From Candidatus Magasanikiibacteriota bacterium (GTDB lineage Bacteria > Patescibacteriota > Patescibacteriia > Magasanikbacterales > UBA922), in contig JACPSK010000001.1 of the NCBI GenBank assembly GCA_016193335.1, positions 175,926-239,925 of the forward strand: DNA of 64,000 bases, read 5' to 3'. The translations under genes and the position numbers were made by a program. Positions 1 to 10,023 of the stretch are shown here, piece after piece (the first letter of the stretch is position 1; the number at the start of each line of letters is the position of its first letter). The notes beneath the pieces were generated by a model. That model worked only from the letters and a program-made list of their open reading frames with translations. It had not been told where the DNA came from and did no database searches.

Positions 1-1132
1 CCTCTGAAAAAGAAGGGCCCAGGTATGCGCCCCGCATCATGTCTCTGCCCTCTGGCGTCCGATCATTCAAAAAATGTTTGTGCCACAAAGCCAAAGCGGC
101 GCCCAAAGCTCCACCAGCATCTCCGGCCGCAGGCTGAATCCATATATCTTTGAAAGGCGACTCGCGCAGCACGCGGCCATTGGCCACGCAATTGAGAGCC
201 ACGCCTCCGGCCAGACACAAATATTCAGCGCCCAGCTCTTTATAAAGCGTGTTTGCAAGACGCAAGATTATCATTTCGGTTAACTTCTGGATAGAAGCGG
301 CAATATCCATTTCTCGCTGTGTCAACGCCGCTTCAGGAACCCGTGGCAGAGCGCCAAATAATGCGTGAAATTTATCATTTGTCATGGTTAATCCGACGGG
401 ATAATTGAAATAATCCATGTTCAAACGAAAAGTGCCGTCTGTCTTCACATCAATGAGCTTATCCAATATAAGCTCAAGGTACCTCGGTTCGCCGTATGGC
501 GCCAAACCCATGAGTTTATATTCTCCGGAATTAACTTTGAAACCCGTATAATACGTAAAAGCTGAGTACAAAAGACCCAAAGAATGAGGGAAATCTATTC
601 CCCATTTCAACTCAAGATTCTTGCCGTCTCCAAACCAAACACTGGTTGAAGCCCATTCTCCAACGCCGTCCAAACACAAGACAGCCGCGCTCTGAAACGG
701 ACTCGGATAAAATGCCGAGGCCGCGTGGGATTCATGGTGTGTCGAAAAAAAAATTTCCGGCAACTGTTTCTCTTTAATAGAGCCGACCTTAGATAATTCT
801 TTTTTTAAGAAGCTCTTCAAAAATAATTTTTCTTTGAGCCAGACAGGCATTGATGCTACAAAAGATTTTAAGCCGCGCGGCGCATAGCTCAAATATGTTT
901 CAAGTAAGCGTTCAAATTTCAACAAAGGTTTATCATAAAAAACAATCCCGTTCAAATCTTTAATTCCAATTCCCGCTTCTTTCAAGCAGTAGCGAAGAGC
1001 CTTGGCTGGGAAACCAGGGTCATGTTTTTTGCGCGTAAATCTCTCTTCCTGAGCGGCGGCTATGATTTTCCCGTCCTGTATAAGAGCCGCCGCGCTGTCG
1101 TGATAAAAGGCGGATATGCCTAGAATATACAT
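1..1132 (-). CDS. Carbamoyltransferase (NodU/CmcH/SxtI family), runs off the left edge
   Basis: Not in ORF track; manual translation from ATG at 1132 gives MYILGISAFYHDSAAALIQDGKIIAAAQEERFTRKKHD...HHESHAASAFYPSPF...DGVGEW...YKLMGLAPYG...LAGGVALNCVANG...PAAGDAGGALGAA, the classic carbamoyltransferase motifs. Confidence 0.93.
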   Translation of the reverse strand, partial: MYILGISAFYHDSAAALIQDGKIIAAAQEERFTRKKHDPGFPAKALRYCLKEAGIGIKDLNGIVFYDKPLLKFERLLETYLSYAPRGLKSFVASMPVWLKEKLFLKSFLKKELSKVGSIKEKQLPEIFFSTHHESHAASAFYPSPFQSAAVLCLDGVGEWASTSVWFGDGKNLELKWGIDFPHSLGLLYSAFTYYTGFKVNSGEYKLMGLAPYGEPRYLELILDKLIDVKTDGTFRLNMDYFNYPVGLTMTNDKFHALFGALPRVPEAALTQREMDIAASIQKLTEMIILRLANTLYKELGAEYLCLAGGVALNCVANGRVLRESPFKDIWIQPAAGDAGGALGAALALWHKHFLNDRTPEGRDMMRGAYLGPSFSE

Positions 1133-1275
1133 AATCCTAAAAACTATTTATTCGAAATCGACATAAAATACAGATAAGCTATAACGCGAGCGAGCATTTG
1201 TCAAAGTATGTCATTTACTCCGCCCGTCCCTTAAGGTAGAATACTCGCTGTCACACGAAGGGGTACCAACCAAAC

Positions 1276-2634
1276 ATGAAATCAAAATCGGAAAAATTCT
1301 CGGATTCAATATACACCGCAATAGGACTTGGGTCTATAGCTCTTTCGGCTTACACCGTATACGCAAGCTTTGTTTTTCACATAGAGAAAACAAGCGCGGA
1401 TTACGCGCTACCCTTTATAGGAATTCTGGCCTATTTTTTTTCTTTACGCATGAATAAAGAAAAAAAACTGAATATGATCCTCTTCTTCATCGCCATAGCT
1501 TTGTCTCTCTACATAGTGGAATTTTTACTTTTATTCCTTTCCACTGAAAATAAAAAAATCGAGAACACTATTATCAAAAAAATGAGATACTCGGTGGTTG
1601 AAGAGTACCGAACAAAAGGAGTTGACGCATTCCCCATGGCTTCTGCATCTGACCTAAATGGAAAACCAGATCCGAACACTGGACCATTTACCTTAGGACA
1701 CATATCGGATGCTTTGCTGGTCTCATGCAATGAAACCGGAGAATGGTCCGTATACCATACAGACGAACATGGATATCATAATCCTCTCGGTTCTCATAAT
1801 CCTGATCTTCAACTTGTCCTTTTGGGCGACTCATTCGTGGAAGGAGAATGCGTGCAAGAAAAAGAAGATGTAACTTCATTGCTGAGAGAAAAAGGCTACA
1901 GCGCGCTTAACCTTGGTTTTGGAGGTAATGGTCCGCTTCTAGAACTTGCCAGCCTTATAGAATATGCAAAACCATTAAAACCAAAAAGGGTGCTGTGGTT
2001 TTTCTATGAAGGCAATGACCTCTCTGACCTCAAAAATGAAATGTTATACCCGATGATAAAAAACTATTTTGATACGAGAGAATATTCTCAAAACCTAAAC
2101 AAACGGCAAGAAGAGATAGACGAAAAAATCAAAGCCAAAATTCAAAAAATAGAAACGGCAGAACAAGAGAGAGAGAAAAAGAATGCCGGTAATTCCTTTC
2201 CAGACACTCTGAGTTTAATGCGGATCCGGGTGCTTGTTTATCAAAATCTGGCAAAAATAAAAAAACTCAGCCGACAAGATGAAGAAAAGAAAGAACTGCA
2301 AGAGACGATCAACACCTTTAATCAAATACTCGAGCGAGCCAATACGGAAGTACGTTCTTGGGGTGGAACCTTATATTTCATATATCTGCCTTCAACTATA
2401 AGGTACACAGACAGTACCAAGTACGATAATGATGGCTATCGTCCGGACATACTCTCAACCGCAGAAAAATTGGGTATAGCGAGCATTGACTTCCACCAGG
2501 TTTTTAGTAAACACAAAGATTCATTTTCCCTTTATTTTCCTTTTTATCGGAGAAAAATAGAATCCCATTACACGGCAGAAGGATACAAATTGATAGCTGA
2601 CACTATCACGGAATATCTAAAAAATGAAGACTAA
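1276..2634 (+). CDS. Membrane-anchored SGNH/GDSL-family hydrolase/acyltransferase-like protein
   Basis: Three N-terminal hydrophobic helices; LGDSF block I, EGND block III, C-terminal HYTAEGY block V. Confidence 0.7.
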   Translation: MKSKSEKFSDSIYTAIGLGSIALSAYTVYASFVFHIEKTSADYALPFIGILAYFFSLRMNKEKKLNMILFFIAIALSLYIVEFLLLFLSTENKKIENTIIKKMRYSVVEEYRTKGVDAFPMASASDLNGKPDPNTGPFTLGHISDALLVSCNETGEWSVYHTDEHGYHNPLGSHNPDLQLVLLGDSFVEGECVQEKEDVTSLLREKGYSALNLGFGGNGPLLELASLIEYAKPLKPKRVLWFFYEGNDLSDLKNEMLYPMIKNYFDTREYSQNLNKRQEEIDEKIKAKIQKIETAEQEREKKNAGNSFPDTLSLMRIRVLVYQNLAKIKKLSRQDEEKKELQETINTFNQILERANTEVRSWGGTLYFIYLPSTIRYTDSTKYDNDGYRPDILSTAEKLGIASIDFHQVFSKHKDSFSLYFPFYRRKIESHYTAEGYKLIADTITEYLKNED

Positions 2635-2677
2635 AGACTCTGTGTATATCTGAGCTGGATTTTGTAAGCGATCTCTC

Positions 2678-3679
2678 TCATTTTTTGGGATTCTTCTTAT
2701 ACCATTCATAGGTTCTCAACAATCCGTCTTCCAAAGAAACTTTTGGCTTCCAATCCACCAAAAACTGGAGTTTGCTCACATCGCCAAGACGCCGAGCCAC
2801 ACTCCCTTCTACCGAGTTTTTTACCTCCACGCTCTTGGGCCGCCAGCCGGTGACATTAAACATTTTTTCCAAAAGATCGCCCATAGAGATTTCTTGAAAA
2901 TCTCCGATATGCACCGTCTCTATGGGCAGAGTATCGGTTTTCTCCGAATCCATAAGCAAACCCATGGCTCGGACCGCGTCATCTATAAAACAAAAGGTCC
3001 TGGTGTCAGTACTCCCAAAAATGGCGAAAGGATCACTGCGCTCTGCGATGCGAAGAGAAAATTGGGGAATCACATGACTATATCCCGCCCGAGGTCCGTA
3101 AAAATTATGCGGGCGAACGATAAGAGCGCGCAGTTTATATTGTTCGGCATAGTGAATCATAAATTGCTCCCCGATCAGCTTGGTACCCGCGTAAGTCCAG
3201 CGCGGATTATAGGTGTCCTCAATTACAAGAGGAACTGCTTCCGGAGTCGGGATCGGTAGTTGATTAAAAGCCGCCAAAGCACCTGCGTAAGCTTCATTGG
3301 ATGAGGTAAACAAAAATTTTCCTTCTTTGTTTTCCCTGCGAAACCATTCGAGCATGTAAATCAATGATAAAGTATTGATGCGCAATACTTCGTGAGGAAT
3401 TTCATAAAAAAGATTGGTGCCGTTTACGGCCGCCAGATGATACACGTGGTCATATCCGTTTCCGAGCTCTTTATAAACGGCTTGATCGGTGAGATCCAGC
3501 TGTAAAAATCGCATTCTTGGATCAGCGAGCAATTCGTGCATGTCCGCGTCAAGACGACCGCGCTGGAGATTGTCTACTAAAGTAAGACGAAGATCCGGCC
3601 CACCGGCCTCAAGCAAATATCTGCTTAAATGATAACCTATAAAACCCGCCCCTCCGGTAATAAGTATGTTTCGCGCCAT
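2678..3679 (-). CDS. NAD-dependent sugar-nucleotide epimerase/dehydratase
   Basis: [17 protein letters not shown] catalytic motif, RPHNFYGP. Confidence 0.9.
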   Translation of the reverse strand: MARNILITGGAGFIGYHLSRYLLEAGGPDLRLTLVDNLQRGRLDADMHELLADPRMRFLQLDLTDQAVYKELGNGYDHVYHLAAVNGTNLFYEIPHEVLRINTLSLIYMLEWFRRENKEGKFLFTSSNEAYAGALAAFNQLPIPTPEAVPLVIEDTYNPRWTYAGTKLIGEQFMIHYAEQYKLRALIVRPHNFYGPRAGYSHVIPQFSLRIAERSDPFAIFGSTDTRTFCFIDDAVRAMGLLMDSEKTDTLPIETVHIGDFQEISMGDLLEKMFNVTGWRPKSVEVKNSVEGSVARRLGDVSKLQFLVDWKPKVSLEDGLLRTYEWYKKNPKK

Positions 3680-3695
3680 AAGATATTATTCTGAT

Positions 3696-3861
3696 TAGAG
3701 CCCCAGCTCAAAAATAATTTTGAGCCAGTTTCAAAGCAGTTTTGAGCGAAAAAAGTGAAGATTGAGAGAGTCATACTGGTAGTATGAAGATGAAAGCTGA
3801 ACTTTTTGGAGCCAAAACTGGTTGAAAATGGGCCATGAATTATTTGTGAGATGGGACTCTA
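3696..3861. mobile_element. 166-bp palindromic MITE-like element flanked by TA
   Basis: Terminal inverted repeats TAGAGCCCCAGCTCAAAAATAATT / TAGAGTCCCATCTCACAAATAATT (21/24 match), imperfect symmetry throughout, central TCATACT-GGT-AGTATGA. Confidence 0.8.
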
Positions 3862-5709
3862 GTTAATGCGATACAAAGACAGGTTAACAGATTCAGCAAT
3901 CAATTTCAAATCGGGAATGAATGAAAGATCCCAATCCGGACTCTGGGTCTTATCCCACAAGATGTAACGAACTTTGTGTTTTTTCAAAAGGTCATTAAAG
4001 CCCTTATTCTCATAAACAGTACTATAATCTTCTACAAATTCCTGAACGATTTTGTTTCTCCTCAGCAAGGCTTCAGAATCTCTCTTAGCCAAGAGATGAA
4101 TATAAGTACCCGAATCTTCATAACCCGAAAAATAAGCCTCTATAGAGGAAAAAAGCCTTGACGCGATATCAGCTTGGAGAGGGAGATAAAATCCGGCTTC
4201 GGAAATCCGTTCATCTTTGGACGAAAAGCCTTGCTCAAAAAATCCGAGAGGATTGTCTCTGATTTTTTTATTCAGATACATATAAACATGCAAAGCATCA
4301 CGCATATAGGTGATGGGCGTGTGGAACACCAAAGCATTACCCCAGAATAAATCATGTTTAGTATATATGCTAAGACCGTGGCCCAAGAATTGGTCTGAAA
4401 CCAAAACCACGCCGGGCTCGGGGTCTTGATCCAATATTTCAAAAATCGGCCCGTACTGTTGGGCGTAGGATTTTATGGACAGAGTGCTTTTGGCCGCCGC
4501 TATTTGGTCTCTTGTCAAAACAGAAAAAACCAAAACGAAAACCAAGCAGGCCCCGATCCCTAGCCAGGATTTACGAGAATAAAAATTGAGGAATTCCGAG
4601 ACACAATAAAAAACCGTTATAATGCCAAGCGGCACGATAAAATACCAAAAATAATGCAACGGCTGAACAGAGCGACCGCTGAAGAGCTGTTGATTCATGG
4701 CTACCCAACCTGCCGCTGAAGCGGCCAACAACAAAATGGCATCTTGGTTTATGACCTGTTTCTTTCTTTTTTGTAAAAAAACCACTATGATAAGCAATAA
4801 GATACTCCCCAGCGTTATTTTACTCAGATTCCAAAAAGACCTTCCTTTTTGGACCCCCATAAAAAAAGCTATCTGAGAACCGATAACGCTTGAAAGCAAA
4901 TAAAAACTCTGCCAGATTCGAGGCAGAGCAAGCAAAAGCGCCAATAAGCCGGAAAAAAACAAACCTGCCAAACGATTCCAATCTTTCGACGCGATATACC
5001 AAAGAGCGAGCAAAGCGCCGATCGCGAAAGCATAGGTCCAGGCGTAAAAATACACATAAAATAAAAGCCCTAAAATAAGTCCTAAGAGAACCCAATCCTT
5101 TAAGCGCCTATCCCAGATGGCTTTTTTTAATCTCAGAAAAAACCAAAAAAACATGATTGACCCTGCGAGAGGCATGATCGGACGTCCGTACACATTAAAT
5201 AATGAACTGAACGGGGAAGCCTGTATGGGAGCTTGGAGAAGCATGTTGTAGCCCCCAATTGCCATAAAGGCCGCGGCCAAGCTCCATATTCGGTGTCCTG
5301 TCATCGCGCTTACCAGATTCGACAGAATCCAAAAGAAAACAATAACGCCTATAAAACTAAGCCCTGTGTAATAAACGCTTATATCAACACGATCTGATAA
5401 ACCAAAAAAACGCAGGGGCCGAACAAGAACATACTCCACAAAGACACCGTGAGGATCGGGATTATCTTTGCCTACAGCCAGAGCGTAATTGCCGTTTCGA
5501 TGCCCCTCGAGTATCTCTTTTCCTTTTGAATAATAGCCCACGTCGTCTTCTCCATAATTGCCGAAATTCACCCCACGGTAAGATTCAGTAGCGACAAAAG
5601 GGAAACTGAGTTGTGGAAGTATAATCAAAAAGCCGAGTACGGCTCCCAAAAAAAGCGGGGCCGCGCTTTGTGTCGCATGTTTTTTTATACGCTCAATACA
5701 GGCAGGCAT
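3859..5709 (-). CDS. Polytopic membrane protein, probable GT-C-fold glycosyltransferase (paralog of 10770..12560)
   Basis: Many TM segments, acidic EDD in first external loop, C-terminal soluble domain ending in KHKVRYILWD; start moved to ATG 5709 to avoid overlap with the upstream gene. Confidence 0.6.
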   Translation of the reverse strand: MPACIERIKKHATQSAAPLFLGAVLGFLIILPQLSFPFVATESYRGVNFGNYGEDDVGYYSKGKEILEGHRNGNYALAVGKDNPDPHGVFVEYVLVRPLRFFGLSDRVDISVYYTGLSFIGVIVFFWILSNLVSAMTGHRIWSLAAAFMAIGGYNMLLQAPIQASPFSSLFNVYGRPIMPLAGSIMFFWFFLRLKKAIWDRRLKDWVLLGLILGLLFYVYFYAWTYAFAIGALLALWYIASKDWNRLAGLFFSGLLALLLALPRIWQSFYLLSSVIGSQIAFFMGVQKGRSFWNLSKITLGSILLLIIVVFLQKRKKQVINQDAILLLAASAAGWVAMNQQLFSGRSVQPLHYFWYFIVPLGIITVFYCVSEFLNFYSRKSWLGIGACLVFVLVFSVLTRDQIAAAKSTLSIKSYAQQYGPIFEILDQDPEPGVVLVSDQFLGHGLSIYTKHDLFWGNALVFHTPITYMRDALHVYMYLNKKIRDNPLGFFEQGFSSKDERISEAGFYLPLQADIASRLFSSIEAYFSGYEDSGTYIHLLAKRDSEALLRRNKIVQEFVEDYSTVYENKGFNDLLKKHKVRYILWDKTQSPDWDLSFIPDLKLIAESVNLSLYRIN

Positions 5710-5728
5710 AGACGCGTACCGACGGTAT

Positions 5729-6979
5729 TTAGGATTCAAGGTTTGATGGAAACAAAAATCCTCTGCCCCAGGCATTCCAGAGGTCAACATATATTTTCCC
5801 CGGATAAGCCTCGAAAGAAATATCCATGTACATGCGGTGAGGAGTTGACAACAAGATAATGTCAGAACGGGATAACACTTCTTCAAGTTCAAAAAATTCA
5901 GAACTCTTTATATAAGGATCATGGCATAAGACTTCTTGGGCCTCTGTATTCGCCACTTTTCTCAGTTTAAAAGATAGGCTGTCTCGCTGATCATCGCTTT
6001 CCGGTTTGAAAGCCATTCCAAGAATGCCTATGGTTTTATGCTTCAGATCAGGATACTGCTCTTTTATTTTTTGCATGACAAAACCGGGCAGACCTTCGTT
6101 CACCAGCATGGCCGCGTGCCCGAGCAAAAAATGGTTATTGTTGAAAGCCGCGAGTTGCATCGTGTCTTTTAGAAGACAAGGGCCCGCGGCAAAGCCCGGC
6201 TTGGGCAAATCCTTCATGCGTGAATAATCTTCAGTCATGGCTTTGAAAATAGAATGGTAATCCAGATTGTATTCAGACGCGATCATGAAGAATTGATTCG
6301 CAACCGCGAATGAAATATAACGCCAGGCATTGCAAAATAATTTGGAAAGCTCGGCCTCAATCGGTTTCACCGGCACAATGGCTCTTTCGGTGAGCTTCTG
6401 AAAAAGTTCTTTGACTCTTTCCAAGGTTTTTTCATCAAAGGCTGAAATAATCTGCGGAAGTCTCTTCATTTCTTCGAAAGCCTTGCCTTCCACAATACGC
6501 TCGGGACAAAAGGCGACTTTTACGTCCTTGCCATTTTTTTCAAAAAAACGCTGAACCCGCTCAGAGGTCCCCGGATACACGGTACTTCTCAAAATAAATA
6601 TCTGACCATCCCGAAAATGTTCCAGGTAATCGTTGACCGTGCGGATAATCCCGAGAAAATTGGGATTCAGATATTCGTCTATCGGCGTGCCGATCACGGT
6701 TATGATAATGGAGCTTTGGCTGATTACCGAAGGATCACTAGCCCCAAACAAAGTCCCGCGAGAAAGAGCTTCTTTCAATGTTTCTGTCCCCTTGTCTTCC
6801 TTAAACGGGAAAACACCGGACATGATCGTATCCAAATTTTTTTTATTAATATCCAACAAAACAGTCTTCAGGCCCGAACGCGCGAGAGCCACGCCAAGAG
6901 GCAAACCAATATGTCCCCCGCCTCCTATAATACAGACATCATACTTAGATGATTGATCCTTAGAATTCAAAACATTCAT
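5729..6979 (-). CDS. UDP-glucose/GDP-mannose/UDP-ManNAc dehydrogenase family (WecC-like)
   Basis: GGGGHIGLP, RSTVYPGT, CPERIVEG, AELSKL, GPCLLKD, MAFKPESDD.RDS. Confidence 0.9.
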   Translation of the reverse strand: MNVLNSKDQSSKYDVCIIGGGGHIGLPLGVALARSGLKTVLLDINKKNLDTIMSGVFPFKEDKGTETLKEALSRGTLFGASDPSVISQSSIIITVIGTPIDEYLNPNFLGIIRTVNDYLEHFRDGQIFILRSTVYPGTSERVQRFFEKNGKDVKVAFCPERIVEGKAFEEMKRLPQIISAFDEKTLERVKELFQKLTERAIVPVKPIEAELSKLFCNAWRYISFAVANQFFMIASEYNLDYHSIFKAMTEDYSRMKDLPKPGFAAGPCLLKDTMQLAAFNNNHFLLGHAAMLVNEGLPGFVMQKIKEQYPDLKHKTIGILGMAFKPESDDQRDSLSFKLRKVANTEAQEVLCHDPYIKSSEFFELEEVLSRSDIILLSTPHRMYMDISFEAYPGKIYVDLWNAWGRGFLFPSNLES

Positions 6980-7043
6980 ATAATGTTAATTATCATAAGA
7001 TACGGCAAGTCTATCACAAAGCAAACAAATTACAAGGACCGTG

Positions 7044-8147
7044 CTAACCTGAAATGATCTCTTTAACAAGCGCGCGAGCCGTACTTACGGCAGTAATGAT
7101 TTTACCTTCAAATACAGACCAGCAGCCACGCCCGTGGTTTGTTATGGCGGTCAGACGCTGATCTGTTTTTTCAGTTTGCGGCTCTATGGCGAGAACAGCT
7201 CGCATGGATTTTATCAATTCGGCCCGGGCTGTAATAGGAATAAAGTAGGGATCATGAATTTTCATTTCTGTAAAACAAGATTTCGGAGTTCGTATTTCTT
7301 CCGAGGTCCACGGTATTCCCTCTTTTGAAATTTTAGTCTCATGAATAGAGCGAGGCACATCGCCCCAGGTAAATATTCCGGGTTCAGCTGTCGCCACCAA
7401 AGTGACAAAAGGCCCGTCCATTACGGTCACGGCGGTCCGCTCTTTAATTGGCAATTTCACCAGTAGAAACTCTTTGAGCCTGTATTCTATCTCCCTTTCC
7501 CCAAAACCAAACCAGCGGTAAAACAAGTTATTGTTTCCATACATCGCGTTCACCACATAATCAAACTCCAAACTTTCTATTGAAGAACCGCGCTCGATAT
7601 CCAATATCTTGGCCTGACTCTGTTCAGGAATTCTTCCGCCAACGACACGTGATCCAAGATTAACCTGTATCTCGGAAGTCTCGTTGAGAGTTTCTTTCGC
7701 GATTCGCTTCAGTCTGGCATAATCGTAAATCGGTTCAGGTGTCCGAACACATATCGAAACAGCATCAGGATTTAACAAAGAAAGATCCGGATATTCTTCT
7801 CTGTAAGGAAGACTATGCCGTTCGCAAAAATTCAAAAAATCCTCAGGAGACACTTTTGACCCTTCTTTCGCTATTGCGTAGTAAGCCGGGAACCCCTCAA
7901 TGATCGCGTCTCCCCACAAAGATCGAAAGTCCGCATCAGCGGCGATACATTGTTGAACGGTCTCATCGCTTCTCGGATAATGATACCCAAAATGATGCCT
8001 GTACTGATTCAAAAAAGTGCCCTCCCGCATGATATCATCATGTTGTTCAAACAAAAAAATGCGCAGGTCGGTTTTTGAAGCCAACTCGAGAGCGCAACTT
8101 ACTCCAAATATTCCTGCGCCGATAATCGCTACTGAAGGCCGTTTCAT
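7044..8147 (-). CDS. FAD-dependent oxidoreductase (DAO-like)
   Basis: IIGAGIFG dinucleotide-binding motif; NQYRHHFGYHYPRS. Confidence 0.8.
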   Translation of the reverse strand: MKRPSVAIIGAGIFGVSCALELASKTDLRIFLFEQHDDIMREGTFLNQYRHHFGYHYPRSDETVQQCIAADADFRSLWGDAIIEGFPAYYAIAKEGSKVSPEDFLNFCERHSLPYREEYPDLSLLNPDAVSICVRTPEPIYDYARLKRIAKETLNETSEIQVNLGSRVVGGRIPEQSQAKILDIERGSSIESLEFDYVVNAMYGNNNLFYRWFGFGEREIEYRLKEFLLVKLPIKERTAVTVMDGPFVTLVATAEPGIFTWGDVPRSIHETKISKEGIPWTSEEIRTPKSCFTEMKIHDPYFIPITARAELIKSMRAVLAIEPQTEKTDQRLTAITNHGRGCWSVFEGKIITAVSTARALVKEIISG

Positions 8148-9112
8148 ATCTCCTGATACCGAACAGGCTTGCCGCTCAACAATGATCGTTCAGCCTGCGC
8201 GGCGATATGCACAATTCTGGCGCCAAGCAAGGCATCCGGGTAGCCTGAATGCGGGTCTTTGAGCGCTGAGAGAAAAAAGTTCAATTCATTCAAGAGCGGC
8301 GTCTTTGGCTTGGTCATCTTTATTATTCTCTTCTTTTTTTGCTCAAAAATGCTGATCTTTTGAGCAAGCAAATCAATTGACAGCTTTTTATCCGGAAAAT
8401 AGAGTTCGAGGCGTCTTGTTTTAGGCAGAGCATTCCACTGCAAATGTATCTCTCCCATTAAATCAGGCCCATAATTCATCAAGATGCTGACCGTGTCATG
8501 AGATGTGCTGTCTTCCCTCAATTTCATACCCATGCTGTACAGATTCCGAGGCTGACGTTCAAAGAGATAATCAAATATATCGAAACCATGCAGGTCAGAA
8601 TACAATATGCCGCAATCATCAGGCAATACATCGGGCTTATCGCTCATGATGCAAACCGCAAGAAAAGGCCTTGTCGCGCTTTTATCGAGATACTGTTTCA
8701 AAGTTTTCAGACAAGTGTTGAACCGATAAATATGCCCGGCGAAGAGGACGCGTTTATAACGCTTTGCCAGCTGATCCAATTGTAAAGCCTCTTTGACCGA
8801 CAAAGCGATGGGTTTTTCCAAAAAAACATTGGTATAAGGCAAACAGCGTTTTGCGAGCTGGAAATGAGTACTCGGCGGCGTGGAGATGTCCACCGCGTCA
8901 AGAGAAGACAGAAGTCCTTTGGAACATTCAGAAAAATAGTCTAAACCTTCTCGACGGGCCATGGTCCTGCTTCTTTTAGAAACTCCTAAAATTCCAACGA
9001 GATCAATCAGACCTTCTTTAGCCAAAATCTTCCAATCAGATAAATGATGTCGGCCAAAATGCCCGACGCCGGCAAGCAAAATTTTGGGTTTATTTGTTTT
9101 TGATAACTTCAT
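8144..9112 (-). CDS. Gfo/Idh/MocA oxidoreductase
   Basis: GVGHFG, TPPSTH, LEKP, GHIYRFN. Confidence 0.88.
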   Translation of the reverse strand: MKLSKTNKPKILLAGVGHFGRHHLSDWKILAKEGLIDLVGILGVSKRSRTMARREGLDYFSECSKGLLSSLDAVDISTPPSTHFQLAKRCLPYTNVFLEKPIALSVKEALQLDQLAKRYKRVLFAGHIYRFNTCLKTLKQYLDKSATRPFLAVCIMSDKPDVLPDDCGILYSDLHGFDIFDYLFERQPRNLYSMGMKLREDSTSHDTVSILMNYGPDLMGEIHLQWNALPKTRRLELYFPDKKLSIDLLAQKISIFEQKKKRIIKMTKPKTPLLNELNFFLSALKDPHSGYPDALLGARIVHIAAQAERSLLSGKPVRYQEI

Positions 9113-10016
9113 AAATCATGTACTGACTGTGATCTTTTTGCTCATAATAAATCCTGAGAAGAATTTCTGTAACCAGGCCGAGCATAAAAAGAAGCACGGA
9201 CAAAATCACAAACATGGTGCCTATAAGAGGGAGCGGCGTTACGGTAAGATCTTTTATACCCATTATCTTAAGAGCCAGAGCCGCGGCAAAAGAAAACAAT
9301 CCCAAAACAAAAGAACCTAAGGCAGAGACACCAAAAAAACGAAGTGGTTTAGCAAAATAACCCAGCAAAAATTTCACGCTCAAAAGATCAAAAAAAACAA
9401 AAATCATCTCAGAAATTTTATGTTTGGATTCGCCGGTTTTTCGAGGAAAGTGTGAAACCGGCACTTCAACAACGTTTGCTCCTCTATGATGAGCGAAAAT
9501 CGGCATAAAAATAAAAGTCTCGCCAAGCAATTGCACCCCATCCACAAATTCACGACGATAACCTTTCAATGAACAGCTGAAATCATGAAGAGGAATATCC
9601 GTCATCCTGCGCACCAGCCAATTCGCGAGCCGCGAAAAAACTCTTCGGGAAAAGGAATCTTTCCGATCACGGCGCCTCCCCACCACGGCTCCATAGCCTT
9701 CACGCAATTTCTCGTAGAGCAAAAGAATATCCTCAGGCGCCTGCTGTAAGTCGCTGTCCATGGTTATGATATAGTCTCCTATGGCCACTTGAAATCCGGC
9801 GTCCACGGCCGCGTTTTGTCCGAAATTTTTTGAAAAAAGGACCAAAGTGGCTGGAGACAAAACGGACAAAATCTCTCGAGAACCGTCTGTAGAACCATCA
9901 TCCACAAAGACAATTTCAAAAGCTTCGCCTGTTTTTTCCAAAGTATTAACTAAACGCTCGTGTAATTCTTTTAAAGAATTTTTTTCATTGTACACAGGAA
10001 TGAGTACGGAAATCAT
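9090..10016 (-). CDS. GT2 polyprenyl-phosphate glycosyltransferase (ArnC/GtrB-like)
   Basis: IPVYNE, VDDGSTD, NFGQ, MDSDLQ, two C-terminal TMs. Confidence 0.9.
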   Translation of the reverse strand: MISVLIPVYNEKNSLKELHERLVNTLEKTGEAFEIVFVDDGSTDGSREILSVLSPATLVLFSKNFGQNAAVDAGFQVAIGDYIITMDSDLQQAPEDILLLYEKLREGYGAVVGRRRDRKDSFSRRVFSRLANWLVRRMTDIPLHDFSCSLKGYRREFVDGVQLLGETFIFMPIFAHHRGANVVEVPVSHFPRKTGESKHKISEMIFVFFDLLSVKFLLGYFAKPLRFFGVSALGSFVLGLFSFAAALALKIMGIKDLTVTPLPLIGTMFVILSVLLFMLGLVTEILLRIYYEQKDHSQYMIYEVIKNK

Positions 10017-10023
10017 ATCATTT

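Noticed and set aside
7044-8147. DprE1 completing a decaprenyl-phospho-arabinose pathway
   Set aside because: It has a Rossmann GxGxxG FAD fold rather than the vanillyl-alcohol-oxidase-type fold of DprE1
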